From: Squalus acanthias
Taxonomy: Eukaryota
Assembly: GCA_030390025.1 (NCBI GenBank)
Contig: CM059431.1
Coordinates: 115,074,001-115,138,000, forward strand
Direction of reading: 5' to 3'
DNA length: 64,000 nt
The notes below the pieces were generated by a model. The model was not told the origin of the DNA. It was given only the letters and a program-made list of their open reading frames with translations, and ran no database searches. The position numbers and the translations under genes were made by a program. Each line of letters begins with the position of its first letter. The first letter of the stretch is position 1. Positions 61,770 through 64,000 of this stretch are shown one piece after another.

Positions 61770-63200
61770 AACCACACAAGCCCTCCATCTCCATCTCTCT
61801 CTAAAGCATCTTTCCAACTCCCCCACCCCTGTCCTCCCCAAATTTAGCTTGTCTGTTGCTCCCTCAATCCCCGTTCCCACTGAACTCCTGACAATCCAGT
61901 TCCTGTTTCTGTCCCTTATGCTAACTGACATGTTCAATAGTTCTCTCTCTTCAGGGAACCTCGCTCTCCTCTTCAAAACTGCTGTTATCACCCCCTCCTC
62001 AAAAACCTCACCCTGGACCCTCTGTCCTTGTATCTACTCTCCCATCTACATTATCTCTCCTTATTCTCCACAACTTCTTTGTGGCATTTGACTCAGTCAA
62101 CCATGCCATTCTCCTCCAATACCTCTCCTCTGTTGTCCAGCTCTGTGGGACTACACTCACTTAGCTTCACTCCTGGCTATCTAAACATAATTTCATAGAG
62201 GATCTCCAGCAATGGCTTCTCTTCCCATCCACGGAATGTTACCTCCAGAGTTCCGCAAGGACCTGGCCTTGGCCCAAACCTCTTCCTGATTTACACTACT
62301 CAGCGACATCATCTGCTGGGTCAGCTTTCACATGGTCACCGACAACGCACAGCTCTACCTCTCCATCACCTCTCTCAACTCCTTAACTACCTCAGAGCTG
62401 TCAATCTGTTTGTCTGACATCCAGGCTTAGATAAGTCTGAACTTCATCCAAAGTGGAAAGACTGAAGCCATTGTCTTTTCCCCCCAGCACAAACTCTGTT
62501 CCCTTGCCACTGATTTAATTCCCTCCTCAACTGTAGTATCCTGGTAAATCTGTCTGTTTGCAACCTCAGAGTCCTATTCAACCCTATACCCTCTCCATCA
62601 CATAAACCTCATATTCCACCTCTGCAGCACTGTGCATCTATACCTCAATCTCAGCCCCTCCACTTTGGAAATCCTCATATCTGCTACTCTCACCTCTAGG
62701 CTCAAGCACACCAATGCTCTTCTTACTGACTTCTCTTCCTCCACCCTCTACAAACTCCAGTTTGTCCAAAATTTTGCCGCATGCATCCTGTTTTGCACTG
62801 AGCTCCGCTCACCCATCATCCCTATCCTTTCTGACCTACACTTTTTCACCATTTTCCATAGCCTCTTCTCCATAACTTCCTCCAGCCCTACATCACCTCT
62901 CAATACTCCATTCTTCTGACTTCAGCCTCATATACATCCTTTCTCTCTTCACCCTACCATTGGCAGAAACACCTTCAGCTGTCTGGGTCTTATGATCTGA
63001 AATTCACTTCCTAAACCCCTTCCCCTCTCCACCTCTTTTTAAAAAAACACCTCAAAACTCACCTTTTTGGCCAAACATTTGGTCTCCCCTCTTAATCTCT
63101 CCTTCTCTGGCTCAGTGTCTGTTTTCCATACACCTATCTGTGACATGCCTTGGCATGTTCCTTACATTAAAGGAACTATAAAAATGTATGCTGTTGTTAT
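61770..63200 (+). mobile_element. Decayed L2 LINE (RT to 3' tail)
   Basis: FKTAVITP; GTTCCGCAAGGA (VPQG); LTSRLKHTNALL; tail ...GCTGTTGTT. Confidence 0.75.
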
Positions 63201-64000
63201 GTGGAACAGTAGTAGGCCATTCAGCCCCTCGAGCCTGTTCCGCCATTCAATTAGATCATGTCTGATCTGTATCTTAACTCCATCTACCCGCCTTGTTTCC
63301 GTAACCCTTAATACCCTTGCCTAATAAAAATCTAACAATCTCAGTTTTGAAATTTTCAATTGACCCCCAGCCTTAACAGTTTTTTGGGGTAGGGAGTTCT
63401 AGATTTCCACTACTCTTTGTGTGAAGAGGTGCTTTCTGACATCACCACTGAACGGCCTAGCTCTAATTTTAAGGTTATTCCCCCTTGTTCTGGACTCTCC
63501 CACCAGAGGAAATAGTTTCTCTCTATCTACCCTATCAACTCCTTTCGTCATTTTAAACACCTCAATTAGATCTCCCCTTAATCTTCTATATTCAAGGGAA
63601 TACAAGCTTTGTCTATGCAACCTAGCCTCGTAATTTAACCCTTTTAGCCCTGGTATCATTCTGGTGAATCTGCGCTGCATCTCCTGCAAAGCTAATATAT
63701 CCTTCCTGAGGTGTGGTGCCCAGAACTGAATGCAATACTCCAGATGTGGTCTCACCAGAGCTCTGTACAGCTCGAACATAACTTTCACTCCTTTGTATTT
63801 CAACCCCTGTAGGCCAACATTCTATTATCTTTTCTAAATTATTTTTTGTACCTGTCCACTAGTTTTTAGTGATTTCTGTACTTGGACCCCTAAATCTCTC
63901 TGCTCCTCCACAGTTCCCAGCTTCTCACCATTTAGAAAATACTCTGATCCATCTTTCTTAGGTCCAAAGTGGATGACCTCATACTTTCCCACATTGAACT
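63200..64000 (-). mobile_element. CR1 3' fragment, running off the window
   Basis: [24 protein letters not shown]...RGDLIEVFK. Confidence 0.95.

Overview
This is eukaryotic, repeat-rich vertebrate DNA. The repeat set points to a cartilaginous fish (shark-like): CR1 LINEs with ATTCTATG-type tails, L2-group LINEs, a SacSINE1/DeuSINE-type SINE, Penelope-like pLTR remnants, and many PIF/Harbinger elements and derived MITEs. No complete host gene could be identified, and most listed ORFs are transposon fragments or chance. Weak host-exon candidates on + lie at 4870-5089 (terminal coding exon), 12533-12623 (signal-peptide-like first exon), 31393-31609 and 36003 onward. Five observations stand out. 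(1) Three DR2-type nuclear-receptor/retinoic-acid elements cluster with Pbx-Hox and Meis sites in unique sequence at about 17.15-17.49 kb. (2) Two near-identical 229-bp solo LTRs with 5-bp TSDs lie in inverted orientation and place CTCF-like motifs convergently about 23.5 kb apart. (3) Two different Penelope-like remnants each carry a complete minimal hammerhead ribozyme motif, one inside a perfect 86-bp hairpin. (4) A Harbinger-type MITE family carries an NRF1/E-box/CCAAT/splice-donor cassette, with one copy just upstream of the candidate first exon. (5) Insertions are nested (SINE > CR1 > MITE). Boundaries of old repeats are approximate and read by eye; no database searches were run.
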